Source: Mobula hypostoma (taxonomy: Eukaryota). From it: a stretch of DNA of 64,000 nucleotides. The position numbers and the translations under genes were made by a program. Positions 11,333 to 24,400 of the stretch are shown here, in pieces; the first letter of the stretch is position 1, and every line of letters starts with the position of its first letter. Where the stretch lies: contig NC_086097.1 of assembly GCF_963921235.1 (NCBI RefSeq), forward strand, positions 60,514,001 to 60,578,000, in the 5' to 3' direction. The notes below the pieces were generated by a model, which was given only the letters and a program-made list of their open reading frames with translations, made no database searches and had not been told where the DNA came from.

Positions 11333-12332
11333 CGATAACTTTGAAAAAGCTGGTTTCGAGTAAAATCGACTGGCGTCCACACCAAGCGTTTTTCAAAATA
11401 TCTCCGTCCACATTAGAACGGATATTTGGGTGAATCTCCTCCTACTGGCATGCGCAGGACATACAGAAAATAAGCGAAGAGGAAACGCTGTACTTGGTGT
11501 GCGTTTGTCCAGTTACAGACTAGAAACACTTTAAAGGAATTGCTGTTGGCTCTCGCGCAGGAGGATTTAAACTAAAAAACAACAAATACTGGAGCGTATG
11601 GAGGCAACTGACAGGGAGTTCACGGACTGTATGACCCGGCTGACGACGAACATTGAAAAACTGACTAACTCTGTTGCATTAATAAAGCACCTTGTTAAAT
11701 GTATAAAACATGTCTGCATCAGTGTTATCTTGTATTTCCATACAATGTTACATTAGGCTGTTACACATCTATTGTCAGAGAAGTACTTGCATAACTAGGT
11801 AAACCACCTTCATACAAGCAAGGACAGAAAACAGGGCAAAGTGAGTATAATTATTTATTCAGTAAGCTATGGGTCAAAGTATTTGGTGAGTACATTCCTC
11901 ACTCTTCTGGCTTTAGTCTCATTGCCGTCTATTCTGAAATTGTTAAGTTGTGTGGGTGATTGCGTTCAAGAAAACAATGAAATGCTGCACTGTGGCCATC
12001 TGTTCCAGCACGTCATGACAGCGTTTTTAAATAGTCAAAAAAGCTCACTTTACAATTTAACTCTCACGCTGTTCACACCGACTGCGCGTTATAACAGCTT
12101 GCGCAGTACCAAGCAGAAGCAGAAAAAGCATTGTTGTTGTGGTGTTGTCATGACAGCGTTTTAAAATCTGTCTCTTTACCCCATCCACACTACAACGTGC
12201 AACAATTGGTTTCAAATTTACACACTCTGGAGAGTGTTTTAGATGAAAACGCCGTTTCAATGTGGACAGCGGGTCAAAATGAAGAGAAAAAGCTTCGTTT
12301 TCAAAATTTTCCGCCGTAGTGGGGATGTAGCC
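11333..12332 (+). mobile_element. PIF/Harbinger-like non-autonomous DNA transposon, left tip missing
   Basis: Right end ...CCGTAGTGGGGATGTAGCC followed by TAA; subterminal TCCACA/TTTTCAAAA motifs at both ends; internal relic LLALAQEDL...ILERMEATDREFTDCMTRLTTNIEKLTNS. Confidence 0.7.
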
Positions 12333-12356
12333 TAAATAACAAGAAAGTTTCTAGGA

Positions 12357-12469
12357 ACAGACACAAAATGCTGGTGGAGCGCAGCAGGTCAGGCAGCATC
12401 TATAGGAAGTTCCGCCAGCATTTTGTGTGTGTTGCTTGAATATCCAGCATCTGCAGATTTCCTCGTGTT
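12357..12469 (+). mobile_element. Penelope-like 3' tail with 5' inversion
   Basis: Inverted arms 12361-12378 and 12411-12428; 13-bp TSD AAAGTTTCTAGGA at 12344-12356 and 12470-12482. Confidence 0.78.
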
Positions 12470-12489
12470 AAAGTTTCTAGGACGTATTT

Positions 12490-13225
12490 TTCTGTTAGTA
12501 CATAGACAGTGCACTAAGAATGGATCTGGTGTCGTGGCATGTTCCTTGTGTGAGATATGGATATCTGGGAGACCTCCAGTCTCCTTGATAGTTGCATCTG
12601 CATGAAGTGCATTAAGCTGCAGCTCCTTAAAAAGTGTGTTAAGTAACTAAAGCTGCAGCAAGATGACCTTGCTGATATGGAAAACTGAGGAGGTGAAAAG
12701 ACAGGAAGGTAGACATCTCCAAGTTGCAGGAGGCAGGTACTAGGGTGACTTTCAGGAGAATGAAAGGGAATAGGTGGCCAGTGCAGAATACCACCCCCCC
12801 CCCCATAGCCATTCCCCTCAAAAATAAATATATCACTTTCAATACTATTGGGGGGCGGCGGGAATGACGACCGGGGGAAGTGGCAGCAAACAGGTCTCTG
12901 CCACTGAGTCTGCTCTGTGGCTCAGAAGTGGAGGGGGGGAGGAGAGGAGTGCAGTAGTAATGGGAGGTTCCATAACTAGAAAGGCAGAAAGCAGATTCTG
13001 TGGGTGTGAAAGAGACACCCAGACACATTATGCCTCTCTGATGCCATTGTCAGAGATGTCCTGGATTAACTCCACCAGATTCTAAAGGGAGAGCGTGAAT
13101 AACCAAAATCTGTGGTACATATTGGTACCAGTAACATAGGTAGGAGAAGTGAGGAGGCCCTGAAGAGAGAATATAAGGAGTTAGACGGTAAGTTGAAATG
13201 CAGGACCTTAGGGTCGTAAAACATT
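12490..13225 (+). mobile_element. CR1 LINE ORF1 relic (Cys finger plus SGNH esterase)
   Basis: VACSLCEIW...CMKCIKLQLL; SAVVMGGSITRKAESRFCG; HIGTSN. Confidence 0.78.
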
Positions 13226-13239
13226 TCTGCAGATTTCTG

Positions 13240-13397
13240 TCATCTGCAGACATTTTCCGATGACTTAGCAGTAGTGGGTGTAGAAAGGGAGGATGGGAGG
13301 ATAAATACAGGGCCTAGCTGGAGGACTTTGTCAAATGGTGCAAGCTGAATCTTCTGCAGTCAACATTAGTAAGACAAAGGAGATGCTTATGGATTTT
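13240..13397 (+). mobile_element. Rex1-type RT fragment
   Basis: FSDD.AVVG, EDFVKWCKLN, ISKTKEMLMDF. Confidence 0.7.
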
Positions 13398-14635
13398 TGT
13401 CATGGTCCGGATCGGGGTCCCTTTAAATTTAGCTTGCTTATGTTATGATCCGGACCGTTGATTCCCTGTTTTCCCGTGTCCCTCGACTTTGGTGATTAGA
13501 GGCAATTAACGCTCGGCTGAACCAATAGTTTATAGTCTCCGGCTTTCAACCGTTCGGTGCGGGAGCATCTGCAAAGTCTGCATAGTCACGGCGTGCCAAT
13601 GTCACCTGGCCGAACCAAGTCTTGTTTCCGCCCGAAGCGAGTGCCAGTAATTCACCCTTCCTCACCGGAGCAACCCTGTCCAGTTACCTCGCCGATGTGA
13701 GCCTGCAAAATTTCCTCATCAAGGTGGGTCCGTCAGTTAACCTGCCGGAGAGAATCAAGAGCCGCTGTCTACTGTTCCCAGGCCGAGTCGAGAGCTCGGT
13801 ACTACCCGGCGGTTCCAAGCACCACGTCCTGGCTCCGGCGGCATCCAAGTACCACGTCCACGTCCTGGCTCCAGCGGCATCCAAGTACCACGTCCACGTC
13901 CACGTCCTGGCTCCAGCGGCATCCAAGTACCACGTCCTGGCTCCGGCAGCATCCAAGTACCGCGTCCACATCCTGGCTCCGGCGGCATCCACGTCCACGT
14001 CCTGGCTCCGGCAGCATCCAAGTACCGCGTCCACATCCTGGCTCCGGCGGCGTTCAAGTACCACGTCAAGTCCTGCTCCTGGTGGCGTTCAAGTACCACG
14101 TCAAGTCCTGCTCCTGGTGGCGTTCAAGTACCATGTCAAGTCCTGGTCCTGGCGGCGTTCAAGTACCATGTCAAGTCCTGGTCCTGGCGGCGTTCAAGTA
14201 CCATGTCAAGTCCTGTCCCTGGCAGCATTCAAGTACCATGTCAAGTCCTGGTCCTGGCGGCATTCAAGTACCATGTCAAGTCCTGTCCCTGGCAGCATTC
14301 AAGTACCATGTCAAGTCCTGGTCCTGGCGGCATTCAAGTACCATGTCAAGTCCTGTCCCTAGCGGGAGCGTTCTGTCACAATACCAGGCCATTGGGAGCA
14401 AGGGTGGACCCAAATGCAAGACATATCTTGTGAGGATACTTAGATTTAGTTTATTGTACGATACCAGGAGAGCAAGACAGAAGCAGGAATAGCAAACAGA
14501 ATAAGGACTCAGGACTACGACTAGGCTGTGACCAAGGGTCTGGGCTTGGACCTGGAATCGACTCCCAGAACTGGAGGAGACATGAAGAGGCTAGGGTATG
14601 GACTCCGAGCCCGAGACTGGGCAAGGACCCAGTAC
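13398..14635. mobile_element. Rearranged LTR: 5' part on plus (13398-14373), 3' end inverted (14374-~14635)
   Basis: TGTCATGG start; 14374 onward reads on the minus strand as AATAAA...TGGTATTGTGACA, an LTR 3' terminus. Confidence 0.6.
13814..14360 (+). repeat. GC-rich minisatellite, 30-42-bp units grading to 35-bp units
   Basis: GCATCCAAGTACCACGTCCTGGCTCCGGCG units, then CGTTCAAGTA at 14051, 14086, 14121, 14156 and 14191. Confidence 0.92.
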
Positions 14636-14639
14636 CTAT

Positions 14640-15790
14640 AAAAGTGGGTACAAAATGTTTTTTTTCAGATCTGAAGTGCAGTATAAAGGTAAAAGAGAAA
14701 TGACAGTGGATAATGGACCATTGGAAAGTGTCGTTGGAGAGGTAGTAATAAGAGACAAAGAAATGATGGTGAAACATAATAAGTATTTTGAATCAGTCTA
14801 CACTGTGAAAGACACAAGCAGAATGCCAGAAAAGCGTGAGTGTCAGGTGGTAGAATTAAGTGTCGATGCTATTACCAAGGAGATGGTGTTTGGGAAGCTG
14901 ATAAGTCAGAAGGTAGATAAGTCACTTGGACCAGATGGACTATACCCCAGTGTACTGAAAGAGGTTGATGAAGATATTGTGGAGGCATTAGTAATGATCT
15001 TTCAAGAATCACTAGATTCTGTAAAGATGCTAGAGGACTGGAAAATTACAGATGTCACTCTACTCTTTAAGAAGGGATAGAGGCAGAAGAAATGATATTA
15101 TAGGCCTGTTAGCCTAACTTTCGTGGTTGAAAAGATGCTGGAGTCAATTATTAAGTTTTGAAAGTGCATGATAAAATAGGCCGAAGTCAGTACAGTTTTC
15201 TCACGGGGAAATCTTGCCTGACAAACCTAACCACACTTGGGGTATTGTGAATAGTTCTGGGCCTCTAAGAAAAGATGTGCTGGCATTGGAAAAAAGTCCA
15301 GATGTTCACAGGAATGATTCTAGGTATTAAAGGGTTAACATATGAGGAGCATTTGATAGCTCTGGGTCTGTATTCACTGGAGGTTAGAAGAATGATGGGG
15401 ATCCCATTGAAACCTATTGAATGCTGAAAGGTCTGCATGAAGTGGATGTGGAGAGGTTGCTTCCTGTACTGAGAGATTCTCAGATGAGAGGGTGCAACCT
15501 CAGAATTGAGTGAAGTCCATTTAGAACAGAAATGAGGAAAAATTTTCTTTAGCCAGAGGATTGTAAATCTGTGGAATTCATTACCATAGACGGCTGTGCA
15601 GGCCAAGTCACTGGGTATATTTAAGGAGGAGTTTGATGGGATCTTGATTAATCAGGCTGTCAAAGTTTATGGGAAGAAGGCAGGAGAATGGGGTTGAGAG
15701 GGATAATAAATCAGCTATGATGAAATGGTGGTGCAGACCCAATTGGCTGAATGGCCTAATTCTGCTCATACCAAATGTCTTACGATGTTA
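14640..15790 (+). mobile_element. CR1 LINE ORF2 fragments and 3' UTR
   Basis: KSLGPDGLYPSVLKE...EDWKITDVTLLFKKG, GKSCLTNL, 3' UTR ...GAATGGCCTAATTCTGCTC. Confidence 0.85.
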
Positions 15791-16799
15791 TGGTTGTATG
15801 GGCCAGGCCACAACCTAATATGGATTCCAGTGTGCTCCACGGAAGCTCTCCAACACTGCTTTGGTACGTCCTCCCAAACTTTGGCAGGTCAACAGTAACA
15901 GGTGAGCTAGAGCTGGGACTTATTCTACACCAGAGCTGAAACAACACAAACTCCTCACTGTCGGATTCATCAATGAGCCAGTGAACTGGACTTGCAGTAT
16001 AGTATTTTCATATCATAAAGATATACTTCACAGAAAAGTTAGTAAACACTAATAAAACTTTTAGTGCATTAATTTAGTTTTATAAACTTATAAGTTCTTT
16101 CAAATCAGATGGTAATAAATGGAGAACTGGGTATTTCTATTAAACAAGGCTATATTTGGTGATATTTTAACTAGCAATTTATTTTCATAAATCACATATC
16201 CCTGGTTACAGCTGATTACAACAATGGATGTTTTTGAATGGAAAGAAGATAAACATTTTTATCCTATTATGCTTCTGGATAGTGGTGATGTACTATTAAT
16301 TTTTTTTGTGTGCCCATTGGATCAAGAACCCAAATGTAACCTGAACAGCTCAATTTTACGTACAATTTGGGAACAATTTCTCAATTGTTGTAACTTTTTA
16401 CATCACCCACCCTTCCAGCCACAAAGTTACAATCTCCCATAATTGCTTTACTTCCCTCCTTTCAAACATTTAATGCAGTTTTCTATTCTCCATTTCCATA
16501 AGCTCTTTTTACCTCTTTCAATGTGGCAGCTGCTGAGGTTACTGATGTAAGCACTCTCCAAGGGCTGTGATAGTGTGTTTTACACTGTGATCAATGTCCC
16601 TCTATTTCATATCAGAACTTCCTCTTTGGAAAATCTGTTCTTCAAAGTTACACCAGCACTCATCTTTGCATTGTTACTCTGAAGAAATTTTAAGTACTGT
16701 TGTTACCGAAATCCCTACACACTGCCATTGGTTCACTATAGTATATCATCCATCCATCGTGCAGCAGAGGAATTATAATATGACATAGGAATTATGAAA

Positions 16800-18342
16800 C
16801 AAAGTGTTCCCTCAGGCCCCATGGGAGGCAAATGCAGAAATTACCAGGGCTCTAGCATAGCTACTTAAATCATCCTTAGCGACAGGAGAGGTACCAGAAG
16901 GTTGGAGGATATCCAATGATATTCCACTGTTTAAAAAAGGCTCTAAACATAAATCAGGAACTTATTGGCCGGTGACGCTGACATCAGTTGTGGGAATGTT
17001 ACTGGAAAATATTCCAAGGGACCAGGTGTATAAGTATTTGAATAGACATCAACTGATTAAGTACAGTCAGCATGGTTTCGTGCGTGGTAGCTCATGTCTA
17101 ACCCATCTTAAAGAGTTTTTCAAGGAAGTTACTAGGAAAGTGAATGATGATAAAGGCATTGGATGTTGTCTACATGGACTATAGGAGGGCATTTGACAAG
17201 GTCCCGCATGGGAGGTTGGTCAAAATGGTTCAGTTGCTCTGCATTCAAGCTGAGGTAGTAAGTTGGATTAGTCATTGGCTTTCTGGGGGAAGCCAAGTGT
17301 GGTAGTAGATGTTGACTTCTGACTGGAGGACTGTGACTGATGGTGTGCTGCAGCAATTGCTGCTACGTCCCTTGTTGTTTATCATCTATATCAATGATCT
17401 GGAGGATAATGTGGTCAACTGAATCAGCAACTTTGTGGATGACAGCAAGATTAGGAGTGTAGTGGACAGTGAGGAAGGCTATCATGGCTTGCAGAGGGAT
17501 CTATATCAGCTAGAAAGAATGGACTGATAAATGGCAAGTGGAATTTACTGCAGACAAGTGCAAGGTTTTGCACTTTGGTAGGACTAAACAGGGGAGCTCT
17601 TACATAGTGAACAGAGGGGCATTGAGGAGTGTGATAGAACAAACAGATCTGGGAATAGAGGTCCATAATTCATTGAAAGTGGTATCACAGGTAGATAGGG
17701 TCCTAAAGAAAGCTTTTGGTATATTGGCCTTCATAAATCAACGTATTGAGTACAGAAGATGAGATGTTATGTTGAGGATGTATGAGACATTTGTGAGCCC
17801 TAATTTGGAGTATTGTGTGCAGTTTTGGTCACCTACCTACAGGAAAATTGTAAACAAGGTTGAAAGAGTACAGAGAAATTTATAAGGATGTCGTCGGTCT
17901 GGAGGACCTGAGTTACAAGGAAAGATTGAATAGGTTAGGACTGTATTCCTTAGAATGTAGAAGAATGGGAGAAGATTTGATGAAGGTATACACAAGTATG
18001 AGGGGTATAGATAAGGCAAAAGCAGGCAGGCTTTTTCCACTGAGGTTGGGTGGGACTACAACCAGAGGTCATGGGTTAAGGGTGAAAAGAGTAAGGGGAC
18101 TATGAGTGGAAACTTCTTCATTCAAAAGGTGGTACGAGTGTGGAATAAGCTGCTAGCACTTATAGTGCATGTGAGCTTGATTTCAACTTTTAAGAGAAGT
18201 TTGGACAAGTACGTGGATGGTATGGGTGTGGAGAGCTATGGGCTTGGTGCTAGTCAATGGGAGTAGGCAGTTTAAATGGTTTCAGCATGGACTAGATGAG
18301 CCAAAGGGGCTGTTTCTGTATTATACTTCTTTATGGCTCTAT
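16800..18342 (+). mobile_element. CR1 LINE, 5'-truncated (RT to tail)
   Basis: LTSVVG, SQHGFVRGSSCLTHL, FVDDSK, CKVLHFG, 3' UTR and TTATGGCTCTAT tail. Confidence 0.9.
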
Positions 18343-19114
18343 ATTGGATAAATTAGCTGAGCACATTAAGCAGCAGTAAGCTTTCAGGACAGTAGGTACG
18401 CAGAATGCTCAGCATGCCTTCACCTCTGAATGAGAAGTGCAAAATAGCATGCATCTCCACAATATAAAATGATGAACTATTTCAAGGTAAGCAGAGTTCA
18501 AAATGATTTTATGGCAATCTCACACAAGGGGTTAAATACTATCCCCACAGATGGAAATATGCCAAACGTTTGGTCTGTTCAGTATCTTCTTAGAATGTAG
18601 ATCATTGAATTTATCTCTGTTAACATTTTCTACAGAAATTTGCAAATTGCATTAACCCACTCCCAATTAAAGACAAGGTTTGATTAATAATCTTTCATGA
18701 TTGCAGATATAAGTAGTTTAAAATGCAAATAACAACTGGAAAAATTAACACGTATCAAGAAGTGAGTCTTCAAATCCAATTAAATATAGGGGATCTGATT
18801 TAAATGAATGAATTTGCATAATACAGTGTAAGCACCACTGAGCAATTCATGGCTTAGGTGCTGATAGCGCAACTGATATACTTTTGAGTCAGATATTGGT
18901 CAGTCAGCAAGGGACTCGAGACCAGATTTCTGAGAATGTGATCATTTGTCATCTAGAGACTCCTATATACAGAAGCAGGTCATCACCAATTTATGACAAA
19001 GGCACTATTACCGAGGTTTGGGGTTTCTTTTATTCCAGGTTATTTTAATTAATTGAATATTAATTTTTAGGTTCCATAGTGGGAATAGACCATGCCTTCA
19101 TATAGAATGGAAGC

Positions 19115-20250
19115 TCAAAGTTCATAGTTCAAAGTAAATTTAGCATCTAAGTACATATATATCACCATATACCACTCTGAAGATTAATTTTCTTGCAGGT
19201 ATTCCGAGTAGAACAAAGGAATACAATGAACTTGCATTTACAGTGTAATTCAGAATCAATGCAAAACTACACACAGACAAATACTGACAAAAACTAAAGT
19301 GGAAAAGGAGACAAACTGTACAAATACAAAATAATAATAATAATCCAGATACATCTGTACCTAGATTGAGTAGTGCTCTCATCAGCATCTATTCTCCCTG
19401 TGTTTAGGGCAGCTGAAACTACAACATGGCTGTAGGTATAAAAAACAATACCCCTTTACTTTAGAAATAGAGAGATGTCTGCGGAATAGACTGATATGGC
19501 CACTGCCTTGGGTATTGCCAGGGCATGCCCAGAGCTAGCGCTGGACATGATTGTAAGCGAACCATTAATGGTGCACTGATGGATAGACGGGGAGGCACCA
19601 GGAAACCCGAAAAAGATACAGCCGGCATTCAAAATAGCCCACTGATACAACGGGCTGCGACTGCTGCAGGTGTTTCCGAGGAGAGTAGTCCACATACAAC
19701 TGAGACCCCTCATGCAGTTAAGAGAAGAAAGACGCAAATGAAGTGGGCATTAGAAATAAACACCTTCATAATGAGTAATGGAGCATGAGATTGACATGAC
19801 AGGATACAGGGAAACACCAATAGAATAGATCAAAAGTTGCTAGCATCTGATAAATGAGCATTCTTGGCTATGCCCATACCACAGGTTTTACCAACTTGAG
19901 CTGTGAAAAAATAAATATCAAACAAATAAATAAATAAATAAATAAGCAAACACAGCTAAAAAAAATGAATAAATAAATAAATAGGTAGATAGATACATAC
20001 ATAGATAAATGAATGACCAAACAAATAAATAAATAAATAATACTAAGACCATGAATTAAAAAGTCCTTGAAAGTGAATCCACAGGATGTGGAATCAGTTC
20101 AGTCATGTGGTGAATGAGGTTATTCATGCTGGTTTAGGAACCTGGTGGCTGTATGTTAATTACTGAACCTGGCTGTGTGGCACCTAAGACTCCTGTACCT
20201 CCTTCTTGATGGCAGCAATGAGAAGAGAGCATGGCCTGGGTGGTGGCCCG
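19115..20250 (-). mobile_element. Rex1/L2-type LINE 3' end, interrupted by an R4-like element
   Basis: AAGTTCAAAGTAAATTT tail, TAAA microsatellites, GATGGCAGCAATGAGAAGAGAGCATGG shared with other copies in the window. Confidence 0.7.
19345..19911 (+). mobile_element. Internally deleted R4/Dong-like non-LTR element
   Basis: Follows (TAA)n; encodes ...KRRKTQMKWALEINTFIM (R4-type N-terminus), then jumps to a 3'-end-like segment and an A/TAA tail. Confidence 0.55.
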
Positions 20251-20859
20251 CCATACTGAATAGCCTGCTCCATGACTACACAAAGTACAGAAGAAGCATA
20301 TCAGATGAAATCACGATGCGTAAGCCTACTGAATGGGAGCACACAGAAGACCTCCATAAATTATGGAAGGAGATAACTGACATGCAAACTATTTACTTAT
20401 TGTCCACATCAGGTGCTTTCTCCCCAATCTGTGGTAGGGTCTATGGGTCCATGTTGGACTTATTTGTCAACTCAGAGCTCAGTAAACAGCAGGGATTATT
20501 GAAGAGGAAGAAATATTTGTTTATTTTATAACTTGGAGTTCTGTGGAGATTCGAAGAGATGATATTGTGTTTTAATGCAAAAACGTGAATGTGACTCAGG
20601 CCCTATTAATATACCTCGTCACAGTAAACCTTAGTAGTGTGAAAGAGGCTGCTCAGACAGCGTGTGCTACTGATATCAAACATAACCTGATCATTCAATC
20701 TTGTCACTCTATAGCATTAATCATGTTCCACTAAAGTCTCTCCTCATTTTTCCCCATCTAGCCTTAATATACCCTCCTCCATTAAACACTTCACTAAATA
20801 TCATATCTCAGGATTCGCTGTAACAACTCTGAGAGAAGAATGGCAAAATTACTTGGCTA

Positions 20860-21120
20860 GCAGTTCGGAGATTTGGAAAACCAATCTATAAGCATAAAGT
20901 CCATCCCCAGTCAGAAACCGGAAAATTAATATTCAATTAAATAAAATTAATCTGGAATAAAATAAACCTCACCCTCGGTAAAAGTGCCTTGATCGTAAAT
21001 TAATAATGTCCTGCTTCTGTAATCTCTTTCTAGGCTTAAATCTGTCAAGTTTATATATTGTTTTTATGTGATTCCAAGTTCCAGCAATGCAGTTGGTTCA
21101 TTATCTCCCTTTGACCTAGC
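20860..21120 (+). mobile_element. Old Deu-domain SINE (SacSINE1-like)
   Basis: ATTCAATTAAAT...AATCTGGAAT...ATGTGATTCCAAG...AGCAATG..GTTG resembles the recalled Deu core. Confidence 0.45.
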
Positions 21121-21419
21121 TAAACAGTCGAAAAAAAATCACATCCTTCGACACCATGTAGAAACAAATTTAGAGAAGTAAAATTATCTGAATTACAGAA
21201 AACTGTGGTAGCAAACTGCTATTTTTGAACAAAATGAAAGTAAAATAAGATAGAACATTCAGCTCAGTCCACTCACTGACCTGGGGCATTGGAAAAGCTC
21301 TCCAAACCATGTTGACTCTGCAAAGTCGTCCATAGAAATACCTGGGAACTAGGTGCAAAGTAAAAGCGGTGTCTCACAAATTTCAGCAAACAACTACCTA
21401 ATGTAGTCATACTCATAGG

Positions 21420-24400
21420 ATAATTGTTTAAGGGGCCCAATACTGCTCATAATACACCAAGTGAGGCCTCACCAGTGCTTTAAAAGACTCAGTATTGCAT
21501 CCTTGGTTTCACTCTAGTCCTCTTGAAAAGAATGATAGCATTGCATTTGCCTTACTCATCACCAACTCAACCTGCAAATTAACCTTTAAGGGATCTTGCA
21601 CAAGGACTCCTAAGTCCTTCTGCACCTCAGATTTTTGAATTTTCTCTCCATTTAGAAAACTGTTTTTTTCTCACGGAATATATGACTATACATTGTATTC
21701 CATCTGCCACTTCTTTGCCCATTGTCCTAATCTGTCTAAGTCCTTCTGTAGCCTCTCTGTTTCCTCAAAACTACCTGCCCCTCTGCCTATCTTCATATTG
21801 TCTGCAAACTTGGTCACAAAGCCATCAATTCCATCATCCAAATCATTGACATATAATGTAAAAAGAAGCAGTCCAAACACAGACACAAACACAGATGTGG
21901 AACACCACTGATCACCGGACGTTAAGCAGTAAAGGCTCACTATTCCCACTTGTTGGTTCCTGCCAAGTAGCCAATGCTCTATCTGTTCTGGTATCTTTCC
22001 TGTAATACTATGGGCTCTTAACTTGTTCAGCAGCTTCATGTGCAGTACTTTGTCGAACACCTTCTGAAATCCAAGTACATAGCATCCACTGATTCTCCTT
22101 TGTCTATTCTATTTGTTATTTCTTCAAAGAAATCCGATAGATTTTTCAGGCACAATTTTCCCTTAAGGAAACCATACTGACTTTGGCCTATTTTATTATG
22201 TGCCTCCAAGTATCCAAAGCCATATCCTTAACAATCGACTCCAACATCGCCACAGCCATTGTGGTCAGACTAACCGCTCTTTAATTTCCTTTCTTCTGCC
22301 TCTCTCATTCTTGAAGAGTGGAGTGACAATTGCAATTTTCCAGTCCTTCAGAACCATGTCAGAATCTACTGATTCTTGAAAGATCATTATTAAAGCCCAA
22401 ACAATCTCTTCAGCCATCTATTCAGACCTTTGATTGGAGACCATCTGGTCCAGGTAACTTATCTACCTTTGGACCTTTTAGTTTCCCAATCACCTTCACT
22501 CACCTCTGCCTAGTTTCTTCCATAATGAAGACTGATGCATATACTTAGTCAGTTCATCCACTATTTCCTTATCCCTCATTACTATCTCTCCTGCGCTATC
22601 TCCCAGCAGTCCGATATCTACTCTCACCTCTCTTTTATACTTTAGATATCTGAAGAAATTTTTATCATCTTCTTTAATATTACTGCCTTTGTATTCCACT
22701 TTTTTCCTCTTTATAACTTTTTTAATTGCCTTGAGTTGTTTTTTAAAATCTCCCCAATCCTCTAGCTTCCCATTATTTTTCTTCATTACTATATGCCCTC
22801 TCTTTAGCTTTCATGTTAGCTCTGACTTCCCTTTCCAGCCATAGTTGCATCATCCTGCCTTTAGAATACTTCTTCTTTGGGATGTATCTACCCTGCATCC
22901 CCTTCCGAATTACTCACAGATATTCCAGCCATTGCTGTTCGACCATTATCCCTGGTACTGTCCCCTTTCAATCAACTTTGGCCAGCTCTTCTCTCATGCC
23001 TCCATAATTTCCTTTACTCTACTGTAATACTGATACATCTGACTTTAGCTTCCCCTTCTCAAATTCCAGGGTGAAATCTATCGTATTATGATCCCTTTAC
23101 CTCAAGCTCTCTCATCAATTCTGGTTCTTTGCACAACACTGAATCTGGAATAGAACTTCCTCTATTGGGCTCAACCACAAACTGCTTTAAAAAGCTATCT
23201 GGTAGACACTCTACAAATTCTCTCTCTTGGAATCCAGCACCAACTTGATTTTCCCAATCTACCTGTATATTGAAATCCCTCATGACTATTATAACATTGC
23301 TTTTTTAACATCCTCAGTCCCCCATTCATCACCCTTTTCCATCTCTTGTTTTAATTTGTAGCCCACACCCTTGCTATTGTTTGAAGGCCTATGTGTAACT
23401 TCCATCATGGTCTTTTTACCCTTGCAGTTCATTAGCTCTACCCATGAGGATTCTACATCTTCCAGTCCCATGTCACCTCTTTCTAAGGATTTGTTTTCAT
23501 TTTTTACTAACAGAGTCACCAGATCCCCTCTGCCTGCCTGCCTGTCCTTTCAATAAAATGAGTATCCTTGGATGTTAAGCACCCAGCCGTAATCTTCCCT
23601 CAGCCATGATTCGTAGATGCCCACAATGTCATAAGGGCCAATCTCTAACTCTAAAGCAAGCTCATCTGCTTTATTCCATATACCATATGTATTCATATCG
23701 AACACCTTTGGTCCTATATTTATCACCCTTTTCAATTTTGTCCGCCTTTTACTTAACTAGCCGTCTCACTACGCACTGCTTCTGTTTGTATACTAACTGC
23801 CCCATCCTCAGCCCTATCACTTCGGTTCCCATCCCCCTGCCAAATTAGATTAAGCCCTTCCAAACAGCTGAAGCAAACCTGCCTGCAAGGATATTGGTCT
23901 ACCTCGGGTAAAGGTATAACTCGTCCCTTTTGTACAGGAACTTGAAGAGGGATCTGGACCCCTGTTCCCTGCACCAGTTCCTCAGCTACACATTTAAATG
24001 CCAAACGTTCCTACTCTCACCCTCACTGGTGTGTGGCACAGGCAGTGATCTAGACATCACTATTCTAGCGGTCCTGCCTTTCAGCTTTCTACTTAGCTCC
24101 CTAAAATCTCTCTTCAGCATCTCCTTAGCTTTCCTACCTATGTCACAAGTGCCAATATTTACCAAGACTTCTGGTTGTTCACCCTGCCCCTCTAGAATGC
24201 CGCGGACCTATGGCACCTGGGAGACACCATCCGGGTGTCTCTATTGCGTCCACAGAATCCCTTCTCTATTCCTCCAACTATGGAACCACATATCACTACT
24301 GCAGTCCTCCTCACCTCTGTTCTCTTCTGAGCCAAAACACCAGATTCAGTGCCAGAGACCCAGACGCTCCAGCTTCCCCGGTAGGTTGTTCCCCCTTAAC

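Noticed and set aside
13622..14492. Repetitive ORFs or a CRISPR-like array
   Set aside because: Head-to-tail tandem units with no unique spacers, in a eukaryotic LTR context with no cas genes
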